A stretch of 32,000 nucleotides of DNA from an uncultured Kingella sp. (GCA_963529665.1 CAUSAG010000006.1:10617-42616); one strand, 5' to 3'. Shown: positions 1 through 10,178, counted from the first letter of the stretch. Translations and numbers: made by a program. The notes: generated by a model from the letters alone, not told the origin.

Positions 1-1506
1 TGGACAGGCCCGAAAACATGGAACGGCGAGCCGATTGAAGGTGGCTTTCGCGCCCACCAAGTGCCGATTCCCACCAATTCGCACGATATGAGCACCGCCG
101 ATGCGCTGGAAGCATGGCTGCGCAGCTATCGCCCAGAAGAATTGTTTGACGACAACGGTCGCTTTTTGGATAAATGGCGCGAGATTTCGCCCAAAGGCGC
201 GAAACGGATGTCGGTGCATCCGATTACCAATGGCGGCGTTGCGCCCAAGGCTTTGGTGATGCCCGATTGGACGAAACACGCGCTAAAAATTGGCACTCCT
301 GGTAGCCAAGATGCGCAAGATATGATTGAGTGCGGACGCTTGATGGCGGATGTGATTACCGCCAACCCCGATAATTTCCGCATCTTTGGCCCAGACGAAA
401 CCAAATCCAACCGCTTGAACGAAGTGTTTAAAGTAACCAACCGTCAATGGCTGGGCGCGCGCGATGCGGCGTATGACGAATGGATTGCGCCTGTTGGGCG
501 GGTGATTGATTCGCAATTATCGGAACACCAAGCCGAAGGCTTTTTGGAAGGCTACGTTTTAACGGGGCGACATGGCTTTTTTGCCAGCTATGAATCGTTC
601 TTCCGCGTGGTGGATTCTATGATTACCCAGCATTTCAAATGGTTGCGCAAATGCAAAACCCACGCGCCATGGCGCAAGGATTATCCATCGCTGAACTTGA
701 TTGCAACATCCACCGTGTTCCAGCAAGACCACAATGGCTACACCCACCAAGACCCTGGTTTTCTCACCCATCTAGCGGAGAAAAAGCCCGAATTTGTGCG
801 CGAATATTTGCCCGCCGATGCCAACACGCTGTTGGCGGTGATGAGTGAAGCCTTAACTTCGCGCGACCGCATCAATTTAATCGTGTCGTCTAAACACTTG
901 CGCCCGCAGTTTTACAGCGCGGATGAAGCCCAAGAGTTGGTGCGCGAGGGCTACAAGGTGATTGACTGGGCATCCACTTGCCACGATGGCGAGCCTGATG
1001 TGGTGATCGCGGCGGCAGGCACAGAGCCGAATATGGAAGCCTTGGCGGCGGTGAATCTGCTGCATAAACAATACCCTGCGCTGAAAATCCGCTTTATCAA
1101 TGTGGTGGACATTTTGAAACTGCGCCACCCCAGCATTGACCCGCGCGGTTTGAGCGACGAAGCATTTGATGCGCTGTTCACCAAAGATAAGCCTGTTGTG
1201 TTCTGCTTCCACGGCTATGAAAACATGATTCGCGACATTTTCTTCCCGCGCCACAACCACAATCTGCGCATCCACGGCTACCGCGAAAATGGCGACATCA
1301 CCACGCCGTTTGATATGCGCGTGTTATCGGAAATGGACCGATTCCACGTTGCCAAAGATGCGGCGCAAGCGGTTTACGGCGAGAAAGCGGCGGATTTTGC
1401 CAACAAGATGGACGAAACCATTGCGTTCCATCGCAGCTATATCCGCGAGCATGGCAAGGATATTCCCGAAGTGGCGGAATGGAAATGGCAGTCGTTGTCT
1501 AAATAA
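1..1506 (+). CDS. Phosphoketolase (xylulose-5-P/fructose-6-P phosphoketolase), C-terminal ~500 aa; 5' end lies outside the window
   Basis: Frame 1 is open from base 1 ([23 protein letters not shown]...), so the track start at 61 is internal. Family-typical stretches are present: [32 protein letters not shown] and [18 protein letters not shown]. The stop is followed by a DUS hairpin. Confidence 0.85.
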   Translation, partial: WTGPKTWNGEPIEGGFRAHQVPIPTNSHDMSTADALEAWLRSYRPEELFDDNGRFLDKWREISPKGAKRMSVHPITNGGVAPKALVMPDWTKHALKIGTPGSQDAQDMIECGRLMADVITANPDNFRIFGPDETKSNRLNEVFKVTNRQWLGARDAAYDEWIAPVGRVIDSQLSEHQAEGFLEGYVLTGRHGFFASYESFFRVVDSMITQHFKWLRKCKTHAPWRKDYPSLNLIATSTVFQQDHNGYTHQDPGFLTHLAEKKPEFVREYLPADANTLLAVMSEALTSRDRINLIVSSKHLRPQFYSADEAQELVREGYKVIDWASTCHDGEPDVVIAAAGTEPNMEALAAVNLLHKQYPALKIRFINVVDILKLRHPSIDPRGLSDEAFDALFTKDKPVVFCFHGYENMIRDIFFPRHNHNLRIHGYRENGDITTPFDMRVLSEMDRFHVAKDAAQAVYGEKAADFANKMDETIAFHRSYIREHGKDIPEVAEWKWQSLSK

Positions 1507-1521
1507 CGTAGCCTGAAAATA

Positions 1522-1561
1522 GGCAGCCTGAAAACTGGGTAATGGGTTTTCAGGCTGCCTT
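1522..1561 (+). terminator. Inverted DUS pair (AGGCAGCCTGAA ... TTCAGGCTGCCT) forming a hairpin 16 nt after the phosphoketolase stop
   Basis: Forward DUS at 1522-1533 and reverse DUS at 1550-1561, followed by TTTGGTTT. Confidence 0.6.
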
Positions 1562-1725
1562 TGGTTTGGAGGATTGGGGTAGGGGGCTTGGATGTTGTTT
1601 TATTGTTAAGCAAGATTTGCGGCTGATAAATCACAATGCCAATCGTAGCGTAATTGAATCAGCGTAGAACCTAACAACCACTTTTCAGGCTGCCCGCATA
1701 CCGTTGTTACGTTAAATCTCAACAA

Positions 1726-1766
1726 AGGCAGCCTGAAAACCAATAAACCTTGTTTTCAGGCTGCCT
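1726..1766 (-). terminator. Inverted DUS pair hairpin downstream of sucB
   Basis: Forward DUS at 1726-1737 and reverse DUS at 1755-1766, 44 nt beyond the sucB stop at 1810. Confidence 0.55.
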
Positions 1767-1809
1767 ATCAATACGCGCACTATGCGGTTTAACAATCAAA
1801 CATCATTTA

Positions 1810-3009
1810 TCAAACATCCAACACCAGCCGCGCGGGGTCTTCCAGCAATTCTTTAATCGTAACCAGCGTGAGCACGGCTTCGCGTCCGTCGATGATGCGG
1901 TGGTCGTAGGACAGCGCGAGATACATCATCGGGCGCACCACAATTTCGCCGTTTTCCACCACCGCGCGCTCTTTGGTGGCGTGCATGCCCAAAATAGCGG
2001 ATTGCGGCGGGTTGATAATTGGCGTGGACATCATGGAGCCAAATGTGCCGCCGTTGGTGATGCTGAATGTGCCGCCTGTTAGGTCTTCAATCGCAATTTT
2101 GCCGTCTTTGGCTTTGGCGGCGTAATCGGCGATGGCACGTTCAATGTCAGCAATGCTCATTTGGTCGGCATCGCGCAAAATGGGCACAACCAAGCCGCGC
2201 GGGCTGCCGATGGCGATGCCGATGTCAAAATAGCCATGATAAACAATGTCTTTGCCATCCACCGATGCGTTCACAATCGGGTATTTTTTCAGCGCGGCAA
2301 CGGCGGCTTTCACAAAGAACGACATAAAGCCCAGCTTCACGCCGTATGTTTTTTCAAATTTGTCTTTGTATTTGGCGCGCAAATCCATCACAGGTTTCAT
2401 GTTGACTTCGTTAAACGTGGTCAAAATGGCGTTTTGCGCCTGCGATTCCAGCAAACGCTCTGCTACGCGCGCGCGCAAGCGGCTCATCGGCACGCGCTGT
2501 TCAAAGCGTTCGCCCGCAGGCAGTGCGGCAGCCTGAAAGGCAGGGGCGGCTTTGGGCGCGGCAGGTGCGTTTTGCACATCTTCTTTTAACACGCGACCAT
2601 CTCGCCCCGAGCCTTGAATTTGGCTCACGTCCACGCCTTTTTCGGCGGCAAGCTTGGCAGCGGCGGGCATGGCAACGCCTGCTTGGCTGTTAGATGCGGC
2701 TTGTGCCGATGCGGGCGCAGCAGGGGCAGCCTGAACAGCATCGGCAGCAGGCGCGGCTTGCGCGGCAGCGGCTTCGGTGTCAATTTTGGCGAGCAGTTGC
2801 TGCGTGGTAACGGTTTCGCCATCTTGCACGATGATTTCCACCAACACGCCCGCTTGCGGCGCAGGCACTTCCAGCACCACTTTGTCGGTTTCAATATCCA
2901 CCAGCGTTTCGTCGCGGGCAACGCTGTCGCCCACTTTCTTATACCATTTGAGCAAGGTGCCCTCGGTGATGCTTTCGGCGAATACGGGTACGTTTACTTC
3001 AACAATCAT
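1810..3009 (-). CDS. sucB: Dihydrolipoyllysine-residue succinyltransferase, E2 of 2-oxoglutarate dehydrogenase
   Basis: Lipoyl domain ([20 protein letters not shown]...[12 protein letters not shown]), Ala/Pro linker and catalytic C-terminus ([13 protein letters not shown]). Start moved to the ATG at 3009, because the upstream part of the track ORF is DUS-derived sequence. Confidence 0.9.
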   Translation of the reverse strand: MIVEVNVPVFAESITEGTLLKWYKKVGDSVARDETLVDIETDKVVLEVPAPQAGVLVEIIVQDGETVTTQQLLAKIDTEAAAAQAAPAADAVQAAPAAPASAQAASNSQAGVAMPAAAKLAAEKGVDVSQIQGSGRDGRVLKEDVQNAPAAPKAAPAFQAAALPAGERFEQRVPMSRLRARVAERLLESQAQNAILTTFNEVNMKPVMDLRAKYKDKFEKTYGVKLGFMSFFVKAAVAALKKYPIVNASVDGKDIVYHGYFDIGIAIGSPRGLVVPILRDADQMSIADIERAIADYAAKAKDGKIAIEDLTGGTFSITNGGTFGSMMSTPIINPPQSAILGMHATKERAVVENGEIVVRPMMYLALSYDHRIIDGREAVLTLVTIKELLEDPARLVLDV

Positions 3010-3042
3010 GATTTGTCTCCAATGGGGTTTAGTTTCACTCTT

Positions 3043-3081
3043 GGGCAGCCTGAAAACGGGAAAATGGCTTTCAGGCTGCCG
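3043..3081. repeat. Inverted DUS pair in the sucA-sucB spacer, with a further reverse DUS around 3125
   Basis: GGGCAGCCTGAA at 3043-3054 and TTCAGGCTGCC at 3070-3080. Confidence 0.7.
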
Positions 3082-3147
3082 TGTGTTTGTTTGCGAATAA
3101 GGGTTGGGGCGGGGCAACCGTTTTCAGGCTGCCTCAAACGGCGCCCG

Positions 3148-5976
3148 TCAATCCGGCTTCAACGCATCCTCAACCAACTGCTTCAACTGCGCCGCGTGCA
3201 AGCTGCCATAGCCCACCGCAGGCGACGAGCTGGACGGACGCGCGGCAACCCGCCAATGCGTGTGCGGCGACACGCGCTCCAAGCGATGACGGATTTGATA
3301 CCACGCGCCTTGGTTTTTCGGCTCTTCCTGCGCCCACATCAGTTGCGCGTTGGGGTATTTTGCCAACTCGGCGGCTAATTCCGCATACGGCATCGGATAA
3401 AGCTGTTCCAGCCGCACGATGGCGATTTCGTTGTCCAAACCGCGCTCGGCGCGTCCTGCCAGCAGGTCGTAATACACTTGCCCTGCGCACACAATCACGC
3501 GCTTCACGTTTTTATTATCACGCGATAAGCCATCGCCAATCACAGGGCGGAATGCCGTGCCTTCCACAAACTGCGCCAGCGGGCTGGTGGAATCTTTAAA
3601 CCGCAGCAGGCGTTTGGACATAAAAATCACCAATGGCTTGCGGTAAGCGCGCAGCGTTTGGCGGCGCAAAATATGGAACATCTGCGCGGCTTCGCTGGGC
3701 ATAATCACCTGCATATTTTCTTCGGAACACAGTTGCAGCCAACGCTCCAATCGCCCCGATGAATGCTCAGGGCCTTGCCCATCATAGCCATGCGGCAGGA
3801 TAACGGTTAAGCCGCACATCCGCCCCCATTTGGTTTCGCCAGACGAAATAAACTGGTCAATCGCTACTTGCGCGCCGTTGGCAAAATCGCCGAACTGCGC
3901 TTCCCAAATGGTGAGCTGCTCGGGCGCGGAGCAAGCGTGTCCGTATTCATACGCCAACACCGCTTCTTCGTTCAAAATGCTGTCAATCACGGTGAACGAT
4001 GCTTGGTTTTCCGCCATGTGTTCCAGCGGGGTGTAAATGCCCAAGTCGTGTTTTTGCCGTTGCGTGTCGTGCAACACGGCATGGCGGTGCGAGAATGTGC
4101 CGCGCCCCGAATCTTCGCCCGAAATGCGCACGGGCGTGCCGTTGGTAACCATGCTGGCGTAGGCAATGGTTTCTGCCATGCCCCAATCTATCGGCTGCTC
4201 GCCTTTTGCCATGGCTTTGCGCTGCTCAATCACGCGCTTGGCGGTGTTGTGCAAGCCAAAGTTTTCGGGCACGGCGGTGAATTTTTCGGTTAAACGCGCG
4301 ATGTCGGCAGCGGGCAACCCTGTTTCCACAGGCTCGCGCCAATCTTGGCTTTGGTATTTGCTCCAATCCACGCGGTATTTGTTTTCGTAATCGGTTAGGC
4401 GAGTGAGTTCAACGTGTTCGCCCTTGTCCAAAGCTTCGCGATACGCGGTTACAAAGCCGTCGGCTTGTTCCGCCGTGAGCACGCCTTCGTTAACCAATTT
4501 CTCGGCATACAGCGCGCGCGTGCCAGGGTGTTTGGCGATGGCGCGATACATCAAAGGCTGGGTTAAGGTGGGGTCGTCGCCTTCGTTGTGCCCCAGTTTG
4601 CGGAAGCACACGATGTCAACAACCACGTCTTTATGGAAGGTGTGGCGGTAGTCTAAGGCAGCCTGAATCACATAGCACACGGCTTCGGGGTCGTCGCCGT
4701 TCACATGGAAAATCGGCGCTTCCACCATTTTGGCGATGTCGGTGCAATACACGGCGGAGCGCGTGTCGCGCGTGTCGGATGTGGTGAAGCCGATTTGGTT
4801 GTTGATGACCATGTGTATCGTGCCGCCTGTGCCGTAGCCGCGTGTGCGCGATAGGTTAAACGTGGCTTGGTTCACGCCCAAGCCGATGAAGGCGCTGTCG
4901 CCGTGAATCAACACGGGCAACACTTGTTCTGCGCCTTTTTCGCCACGACGGCGTTGTTTGGCGCGGGCAGAGCCTTCCACCACGGGGTTCACAATTTCCA
5001 AGTGCGATGGGTTGAAGGCAAGGGTAACGTGAACCGCGCCGTGCGGCGTGGCAATGTCGGAGCTGAAACCGTTGTGGTATTTCACATCGCCGCTGGGGAA
5101 TTTGATGTCTTGCTTGCCTTCAAATTCGGCAAACAAATCGGCGGGTTTTTTGCCCAACGCGTTCACCAGCACATTGAGCCGCCCGCGATGCGCCATGCCG
5201 ATGATGATTTCTTCTACGCCGTCTTTGCTGGCGTTTTGGATGAGATAGTTTAAGCCTGCAATCGCGCTTTCACCGCCCTCTACCGAGAAGCGTTTTTGCC
5301 CAACGTATTTGGTGTGCAAATAGCGTTCTAGTGTTTCGGCGGCGGTGATTTGTTTGAGCAGGTAGCGTTTTTCGTCTGCGTTGAAATGCGGGGTGGACAA
5401 ATCGCCTTCAAAGCGTTGGCGTATCCATAGGCGTTCTTTCAGGCTGCCGATGTGCATGTATTCCACGCCGATGTGTTGGCAATAGGTGCGTTGTAGTTTG
5501 TTGATGATTTCGGATAGCGGCATTTTGCCCGCATCGCCCACAGAAAAATCGCCATCGCCCAGCCCAAATTGCACCGCCATATCGGCGTTGGTTAAGCCGT
5601 GTTCTTCAGGCTGCAAGCCTTGCACGGGGCGCGGATGGCGCAGTTTTAATGGGTCTAAATCGGCGGCATCCGAGCCTTGAATGCGGTAGGCAGTCATCAG
5701 GCGCAGCACGGCGATTTGTTTTTTCAGCAATTCTTCGTCCAAGCCTTTGGCGGCATTGCTGGCGCTGCGCTGTTGCTGGGCAAGCTGGACGAAAGATTCT
5801 TGAATGGGATGGTGGGCAACGTCTTTTGTGCCGCTGCCTGTGTTGGCAAGGTCGGCAAAATAGCGTTGCCATGTTTCTTCAACGGATTGGGGGTTGTCGA
5901 GATAGGATTCGTAGAGTTCTTCGATATAGGGCGCGTTTGAACCGAATAGGTAGGAGAAATTGCGGGCTTCTTTCAT
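3148..5976 (-). CDS. sucA: 2-oxoglutarate dehydrogenase E1 component
   Basis: 942-aa ORF with a SucA-like N-terminus (GSNAPYIEELYESYLDNPQSV) and a ThDP/transketolase-like core. It sits directly upstream of sucB on the same strand. Confidence 0.95.
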   Translation of the reverse strand: MKEARNFSYLFGSNAPYIEELYESYLDNPQSVEETWQRYFADLANTGSGTKDVAHHPIQESFVQLAQQQRSASNAAKGLDEELLKKQIAVLRLMTAYRIQGSDAADLDPLKLRHPRPVQGLQPEEHGLTNADMAVQFGLGDGDFSVGDAGKMPLSEIINKLQRTYCQHIGVEYMHIGSLKERLWIRQRFEGDLSTPHFNADEKRYLLKQITAAETLERYLHTKYVGQKRFSVEGGESAIAGLNYLIQNASKDGVEEIIIGMAHRGRLNVLVNALGKKPADLFAEFEGKQDIKFPSGDVKYHNGFSSDIATPHGAVHVTLAFNPSHLEIVNPVVEGSARAKQRRRGEKGAEQVLPVLIHGDSAFIGLGVNQATFNLSRTRGYGTGGTIHMVINNQIGFTTSDTRDTRSAVYCTDIAKMVEAPIFHVNGDDPEAVCYVIQAALDYRHTFHKDVVVDIVCFRKLGHNEGDDPTLTQPLMYRAIAKHPGTRALYAEKLVNEGVLTAEQADGFVTAYREALDKGEHVELTRLTDYENKYRVDWSKYQSQDWREPVETGLPAADIARLTEKFTAVPENFGLHNTAKRVIEQRKAMAKGEQPIDWGMAETIAYASMVTNGTPVRISGEDSGRGTFSHRHAVLHDTQRQKHDLGIYTPLEHMAENQASFTVIDSILNEEAVLAYEYGHACSAPEQLTIWEAQFGDFANGAQVAIDQFISSGETKWGRMCGLTVILPHGYDGQGPEHSSGRLERWLQLCSEENMQVIMPSEAAQMFHILRRQTLRAYRKPLVIFMSKRLLRFKDSTSPLAQFVEGTAFRPVIGDGLSRDNKNVKRVIVCAGQVYYDLLAGRAERGLDNEIAIVRLEQLYPMPYAELAAELAKYPNAQLMWAQEEPKNQGAWYQIRHRLERVSPHTHWRVAARPSSSSPAVGYGSLHAAQLKQLVEDALKPD

Positions 5977-6019
5977 AACTCGTTATCCTTATCCTTTGTT
6001 GTGGGCAATGATTGGGGTT

Positions 6020-6359
6020 TTCAGGCTGCCTTTGCCTGATTGGGGGCTATTGTAATGCTTTTTTGTGAAATTTTGTAAGGATTGTGGCAGCCTGAAAATG
6101 GGGTAGGGCGGAAAAACGCGATGGTTGCAGCTTTTAGGCAGCCTGAAAAGGCGGGCGCGGCGTGTGAGATTGTGTAAATACGGTGCAAAACTGTTATTTA
6201 TTTGTGTTCACTTCGTTGTACCCATTTTCAGGCTGCCGCAGAAAAGGGCGAAATGCTTGGGCAGCCTGAAAAGGCGTTCGTCAATTTTCGTAAACAAATT
6301 GCTTAGAATCCAGTAAAATACCGCCGTTTATCAGTTTTCAGGCTGCTTTCAGGCTGCCG
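6020..6359. repeat. Cluster of 8 DUS copies in both orientations in the sucA upstream intergenic region, including an overlapping tandem pair at 6337-6359
   Basis: Core GCAGCCTGAA/TTCAGGCTGC seen near 6020, 6087, 6135, 6225, 6261, 6337, 6348 and again at 6618. Confidence 0.8.
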
Positions 6360-6379
6360 ATTATCAAAAGGAAATCACC

Positions 6380-6565
6380 ATGTATAACTACCAATCCGAA
6401 GCCACACAATTCTTAAACGAATTCATCAAAGAGCATCCGCAAGAAGCCGAGCGCCGTTTGCAAAACCGCAATCTGCTGTGGGATGTAGAATTGAATGCGG
6501 ACGAGCAACAAGCCTTTGCCGAATCGCGCATCGCCAAAAAACCTTACACCTACCAAGCCGATTAA
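6380..6565 (+). CDS. Small conserved protein, DUF3460-like
   Basis: 61-aa ORF with a good SD (AAAGGAAATCACC-ATG). The sequence (MYNYQSEATQFLNEFIKEHPQEAERRLQNRNLLWD...) resembles the betaproteobacterial DUF3460 family as I recall it. Confidence 0.5.
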   Translation: MYNYQSEATQFLNEFIKEHPQEAERRLQNRNLLWDVELNADEQQAFAESRIAKKPYTYQAD

Positions 6566-6629
6566 GGGCACAACAAGACAATCCATGCAACAACATGGGT
6601 TGTCTGAATTTTAATTAGGCAGCCTGAAA

Positions 6630-7298
6630 ATGACTGTTCACGCCCCGCAATTCACGCCCGATTTACTCGCCTATCTGCGCCAAATCAGCGAACCCGAGCA
6701 TTCCATTCTCGCCCAAATCCGCGCGCACACCGAAGCGCATCGGCTGGGCAAAATGGCGATTGCCCCCGAGCAAGCCGCCTTGCTCGCATGGTTGGCGCGG
6801 CTGATGGGCGTGCAAAATTACCTAGAAATCGGCACATTCACAGGATACAGCAGCACCGCCATCGCGCTCGCCCTGCCCGATAGCGCACGGCTCACCTGCT
6901 GCGACATCAACGTAACCCACACCGCCATCGCGCAACAGCATTGGCAACGCGCAGGCATCGCCCACAAAATCACACTACATCTGCAACCCGCCATCATCAC
7001 GCTAGACGAGCTTCTTGCCCAAGGCAAAGCAGGCAGCTACGACATGATATTTATAGATGCTGACAAACCGCCCACCCCGCACTACTACGAACGCAGCCTG
7101 AAACTCATCCGCAGCGGCGGCATCATCGCCATAGACAATTTGCTGCTGGGCGGGCGCATCATCCAAACCGCCCACGAACGCAGCCCTGCCAGCCAAGCCA
7201 TCTTGCAAACATTCAACGCCAGCCTGCCGCAAGATAACCGCATCATTCCGCTTACTCTGCCGCTGGGCGATGGCTTAACCTTGCTGTTGAAAAAATAA
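6630..7298 (+). CDS. Class I SAM-dependent O-methyltransferase (caffeoyl-CoA OMT / YrrM-TrmR-like family)
   Basis: SAM-binding motif LEIGTFTGYS and the FIDADK motif; 222 aa. Confidence 0.8.
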   Translation: MTVHAPQFTPDLLAYLRQISEPEHSILAQIRAHTEAHRLGKMAIAPEQAALLAWLARLMGVQNYLEIGTFTGYSSTAIALALPDSARLTCCDINVTHTAIAQQHWQRAGIAHKITLHLQPAIITLDELLAQGKAGSYDMIFIDADKPPTPHYYERSLKLIRSGGIIAIDNLLLGGRIIQTAHERSPASQAILQTFNASLPQDNRIIPLTLPLGDGLTLLLKK

Positions 7299-7300
7299 TT

Positions 7301-7337
7301 TTCAGGCTGCCTCAGCCGCATATCAAGGCAGCCTGAA
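7301..7337 (+). terminator. Inverted DUS pair hairpin directly after the methyltransferase stop
   Basis: Reverse DUS at 7301-7312 and forward DUS at 7326-7337. Confidence 0.55.
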
Positions 7338-7399
7338 AACTGGCACATCGCTTGCAACAGCTTATCCATCCCTTCAACCTCAAACCAGAAAGCATCATC

Positions 7400-7999
7400 A
7401 TGACCACCGAAGCCCAAAACGAACACGACAACAAAAACCACCCCGCCCAAGACGAAGCCCTAACCGCCTACCAAAACGGCGACTACGCCACCGCCTTAGC
7501 CGCATGGCAACCGCTTGCCGATGCAGGCGACGCGCAAGCCCAGTTTAACCTCGCCATCATGTATCACAACGGGCAAGGCACCGAACCCGATGCTGCCAAA
7601 GCCATCGCCTATTGCACCCTAGCCGCCGACAACGACATCCCGCCCGCCCAACACTATCTCGGCTACTTGCTAATGGACGAAGAAATCGGCACCCCCAATC
7701 CCGAAAAAGCCGCCCACTATTGGCAACGCGCCGCCGAACACGGCATCGACGACGCCCAATACCAACTCGGCTCACTCTACACCCAAGGCATCGGCGTGCC
7801 CCAAGACACCGACACCGCCGCCGATTGGTACGAAGCCGCCGCCCTACAAGGACACGCCCCCGCCCAATACAATCTCGGTGTGCTCTATGCCAACGCCAAG
7901 CAATACACCCACGCACGGCATTGGTGGAACAAAGCCCTAGCCCAAGACAACCAAGACGCCAAAGACGCGCTCGCCAAGCTAGACGAAATGGGCTTGTAA
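7400..7999 (+). CDS. Sel1-repeat (SLR/TPR-like) protein
   Basis: Repeated A-x-WY/YY-x-AA-x-G-x-x-AQ-x-x-LG-x-x-Y units (AQFNLAIMYHNGQG, AQHYLGYLL, AQYQLGSLYTQGIG, AQYNLGVLYAN). The track start at 7352 is TTG, so I prefer the ATG at 7400. Confidence 0.8.
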   Translation: MTTEAQNEHDNKNHPAQDEALTAYQNGDYATALAAWQPLADAGDAQAQFNLAIMYHNGQGTEPDAAKAIAYCTLAADNDIPPAQHYLGYLLMDEEIGTPNPEKAAHYWQRAAEHGIDDAQYQLGSLYTQGIGVPQDTDTAADWYEAAALQGHAPAQYNLGVLYANAKQYTHARHWWNKALAQDNQDAKDALAKLDEMGL

Positions 8000-8168
8000 C
8001 CCCCAGCCAAAGGCAGCCTGAAAAGCCATTCCACAGTTTTCAGGCTGCCCCATCAATTGTCAAACAAGCCATTCTCGCGCGTTGCGCCGCGCACCACGCC
8101 CCGCAGCCTAAACCTTTCTTGTAATTCACAAACCCATTTTTCAGGCTGCCTCAACCCAAGGACAACCC

Positions 8169-9062
8169 ATGTCGCATAAACTCTACCCCAAAAAACCCAC
8201 CCTCAGCCAACGCATCAAACTCGCCTTGCACTATCTCACCCCCCAGCACGCGCTCACCCACCTAGCAGGCTGGATTGCCAACCAACAATGGGGCGCAGTA
8301 ACCCACTTCATCATCCAACAATTCGCCCGCGCCTATAAAATCAACTGGCAAGAAGCCGCCCAACCCAACCCCAGCGATTACCCCACCTTCAACCAATTCT
8401 TCACCCGCGCCCTCAAAGATGGCGCGCGCCCCATCGTATCAGGCGACAAACAAATCGCCCTGCCCGCCGATGGGCGTGTCAGCCAAAGCGGCGCAATCCA
8501 CGACAACCAACTGTTGCAAGCCAAAGGGCACAGCTTTACGCTAGCCGACCTGCTCGCAGGCGACCACAAACTCGCCGCCCAATTCGCCAACGGTACATTC
8601 ATCACCACCTACCTTTCCCCCCGCGACTACCACCGCGTGCATATGCCCTGCGCCGCCACCCTGCGCCAAATGGTTTATGTGCCGGGGGAACTCTATTCCG
8701 TAAACCCCTTTCTCGCCCAACACATCCCCAACCTATTCGCCCGCAACGAGCGCGTAATTTGCGTGTTTGACACCGCATTCGGCAAAATGGTGCAAATTCT
8801 TGTTGGCGCCACCATCACCGCCAGCATCCGCACCACATGGGCAGGCATCATCAACCCACCGCGCAGCGAAACCGTGCGCGTGTGGGATTACCCCGCCGAC
8901 GGCGAGCAAGCCATCCGCTTCAACAAAGGCGACGAAATGGGCGCATTCCTACTCGGCTCAACCGTTATCAACCTTTTCCCGCACAATACCATCACGCTGG
9001 ATGCGCGACTGCAAGAAAACGCCGAAACCCGCGTCGGCGAACTGCTCGGTACGGCGAATTAA
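8169..9062 (+). CDS. psd: Phosphatidylserine decarboxylase proenzyme
   Basis: 297 aa with the typical LSPRDYHRVHMP motif and the self-cleavage LGSTV motif (GAFLLGSTVI). SD is AAGGA. Confidence 0.9.
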   Translation: MSHKLYPKKPTLSQRIKLALHYLTPQHALTHLAGWIANQQWGAVTHFIIQQFARAYKINWQEAAQPNPSDYPTFNQFFTRALKDGARPIVSGDKQIALPADGRVSQSGAIHDNQLLQAKGHSFTLADLLAGDHKLAAQFANGTFITTYLSPRDYHRVHMPCAATLRQMVYVPGELYSVNPFLAQHIPNLFARNERVICVFDTAFGKMVQILVGATITASIRTTWAGIINPPRSETVRVWDYPADGEQAIRFNKGDEMGAFLLGSTVINLFPHNTITLDARLQENAETRVGELLGTAN

Positions 9063-9066
9063 ACGT

Positions 9067-9105
9067 TTCAGGCTGCCTATCGCGTGATACGAAAGGCAGC
9101 CTGAA
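9067..9105 (+). terminator. Inverted DUS pair hairpin after psd
   Basis: Reverse DUS at 9067-9078 and forward DUS at 9094-9105. Confidence 0.55.
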
Positions 9106-9452
9106 AGCGGTGGTGGCACACGTTATGAAACCGCTGAAGAAGCCATGCAGGCTATGTTGGAAATCGCATCAGGAAGCCATGATGCGTAAACTTAAAATCA
9201 ACATGAGCAGCCAATTGATATTTTGGGTGTTGATGCCGCTTTGTGCACTGATGCTTTGGTGCTCTGCGTTGATTTTGCTTTGGTTATAATCGCCGCTAGG
9301 GTTGGGTGGGTTAAAACAAAAAAGGTAGGTAAGTGGTTTTAAGGCAGCCTGAAACGGAGTTCAGCGAAATCAAAACCGCGTGTGCATAAATCACACCCTA
9401 CCATTTCACATTTTTGGTTGGTTGCACAGGCTATGCTGGTTAGTAGTGCCAG

Positions 9453-9932
9453 TTAATCTACATCTTGATAAAGTTTATCTATAAAACTATCAAAATCAGG
9501 TGCGATGGGAACTGTAATCATCTTGGTATTACCTAGTTCATCTTCGTAAAATTCATCATGATACATAAGTACGATGGATGGATTACTTGAATTTTTACGG
9601 TAATCAAAACAAATATAATCGCCATTTGCACTTATTCCAAATGTAACAACTTGATTTCCATAGCCATATTCATCATCAATGCATGAATAGGTATAGATAT
9701 TTTCATGACTGGAGGCATCTTTTTTATATCCTAAAAATAAAATATTTCTGTCATCTGTATTCTTATTATTATCAATAAACATAAAACAATCTTCTTCGGG
9801 ATATAAATAATCATGTTCACTTATCAAATATATATACGATTTAGGGAATATTACACCTAAATTTTCTGCAAATTTTTCAATGATTGAAGCAGAAACTTTT
9901 CCTTCATCTCTCCAGATATTTAATTTTTTCAT
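9453..9932 (-). CDS. SMI1/KNR4 (SUKH-1) family immunity protein
   Basis: 159 aa and very AT-rich. The N-terminus (IEKFAENLGVIFPKSYIYLISEHD) is typical of SMI1/KNR4 immunity proteins. A strong SD (AAGGAAA) lies 15 nt after the stop of the upstream toxin fragment. Confidence 0.75.
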   Translation of the reverse strand: MKKLNIWRDEGKVSASIIEKFAENLGVIFPKSYIYLISEHDYLYPEEDCFMFIDNNKNTDDRNILFLGYKKDASSHENIYTYSCIDDEYGYGNQVVTFGISANGDYICFDYRKNSSNPSIVLMYHDEFYEDELGNTKMITVPIAPDFDSFIDKLYQDVD

Positions 9933-9947
9933 TATTCATTTCCTTGA

Positions 9948-10178
9948 TTAACGTCCTTTTTTTAGTGCATTTTGACCAGTATGTCTAACTGCATCATGTA
10001 TTTCCAACGGTACTAGCTGCATGTTATTTGGTGCACTTTGTGCATTATGATGCCAAATATATCCATTAATAGTCCGATTTCCAGCCATAATATCTTCTAA
10101 CTGTGTGCTAGTAAAATTTGATTTAGGAATTACCCCTTTTTCTATTGCATCTCGCAAGCTTCTTGTAGCCGCTCTCAT
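9948..10178 (-). CDS. Orphan polymorphic-toxin C-terminal domain, HNH/EndoVII-fold nuclease (GH-E/WHH-like); no N-terminal delivery region and no convincing SD
   Basis: The motif GYIWHHNAQ...MQLVPLEIHDAVRHTG matches the WHH...MQLV...H...HTG pattern of HNH/EndoVII toxin domains. The track ORF runs to 10367, but its 5' part crosses a GC hairpin (10202-10218) and two DUS copies. The first internal ATG is at 10178. Confidence 0.5.
   Translation of the reverse strand: MRAATRSLRDAIEKGVIPKSNFTSTQLEDIMAGNRTINGYIWHHNAQSAPNNMQLVPLEIHDAVRHTGQNALKKGR

Noticed and set aside
126-5978. Many 60-250-aa ORFs antisense to or out of frame within the phosphoketolase, sucB and sucA genes (for example 2614..3378+, 3081..3599+, 877..1275-).
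   Set aside because: They lie entirely inside long, well-supported genes. They are Arg/Ala/Gly/His-rich, as expected for alternative frames of GC-rich coding DNA, and lack SDs.
6125-6316. 63-aa ORF in the sucA upstream spacer.
   Set aside because: It consists of translated DUS copies (GSLKRR, FRLPQ repeated) and is not a gene.
5977-6379. Possible CRISPR-like array, given the regularly recurring 12-14-nt repeat. The same question applies to 29196-29384 and 31721-32000.
   Set aside because: The repeats are the DUS, occur in both orientations with irregular spacing, are far shorter than CRISPR repeats, and no cas genes are nearby.
7557-8124. ORFs 7612..8124+ (170 aa) and 7557..7916- overlapping the Sel1-repeat gene.
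   Set aside because: They are extremely Arg/Pro-rich alternative frames of a repeat-rich GC gene, whereas the Sel1 frame shows clear repeat periodicity.
8837-9178. Bulk of the 150-aa ORF 8837..9289+, and a frame-1 fragment ...RYETAEEAMQAMLEIASGSHDA* (about 9088-9186) that looks protein-like.
   Set aside because: The first overlaps the psd 3' end and DUS copies in an Arg-rich frame. The second has no start codon after the in-frame stop at 9085. It is at most a gene remnant, and I cannot support more.
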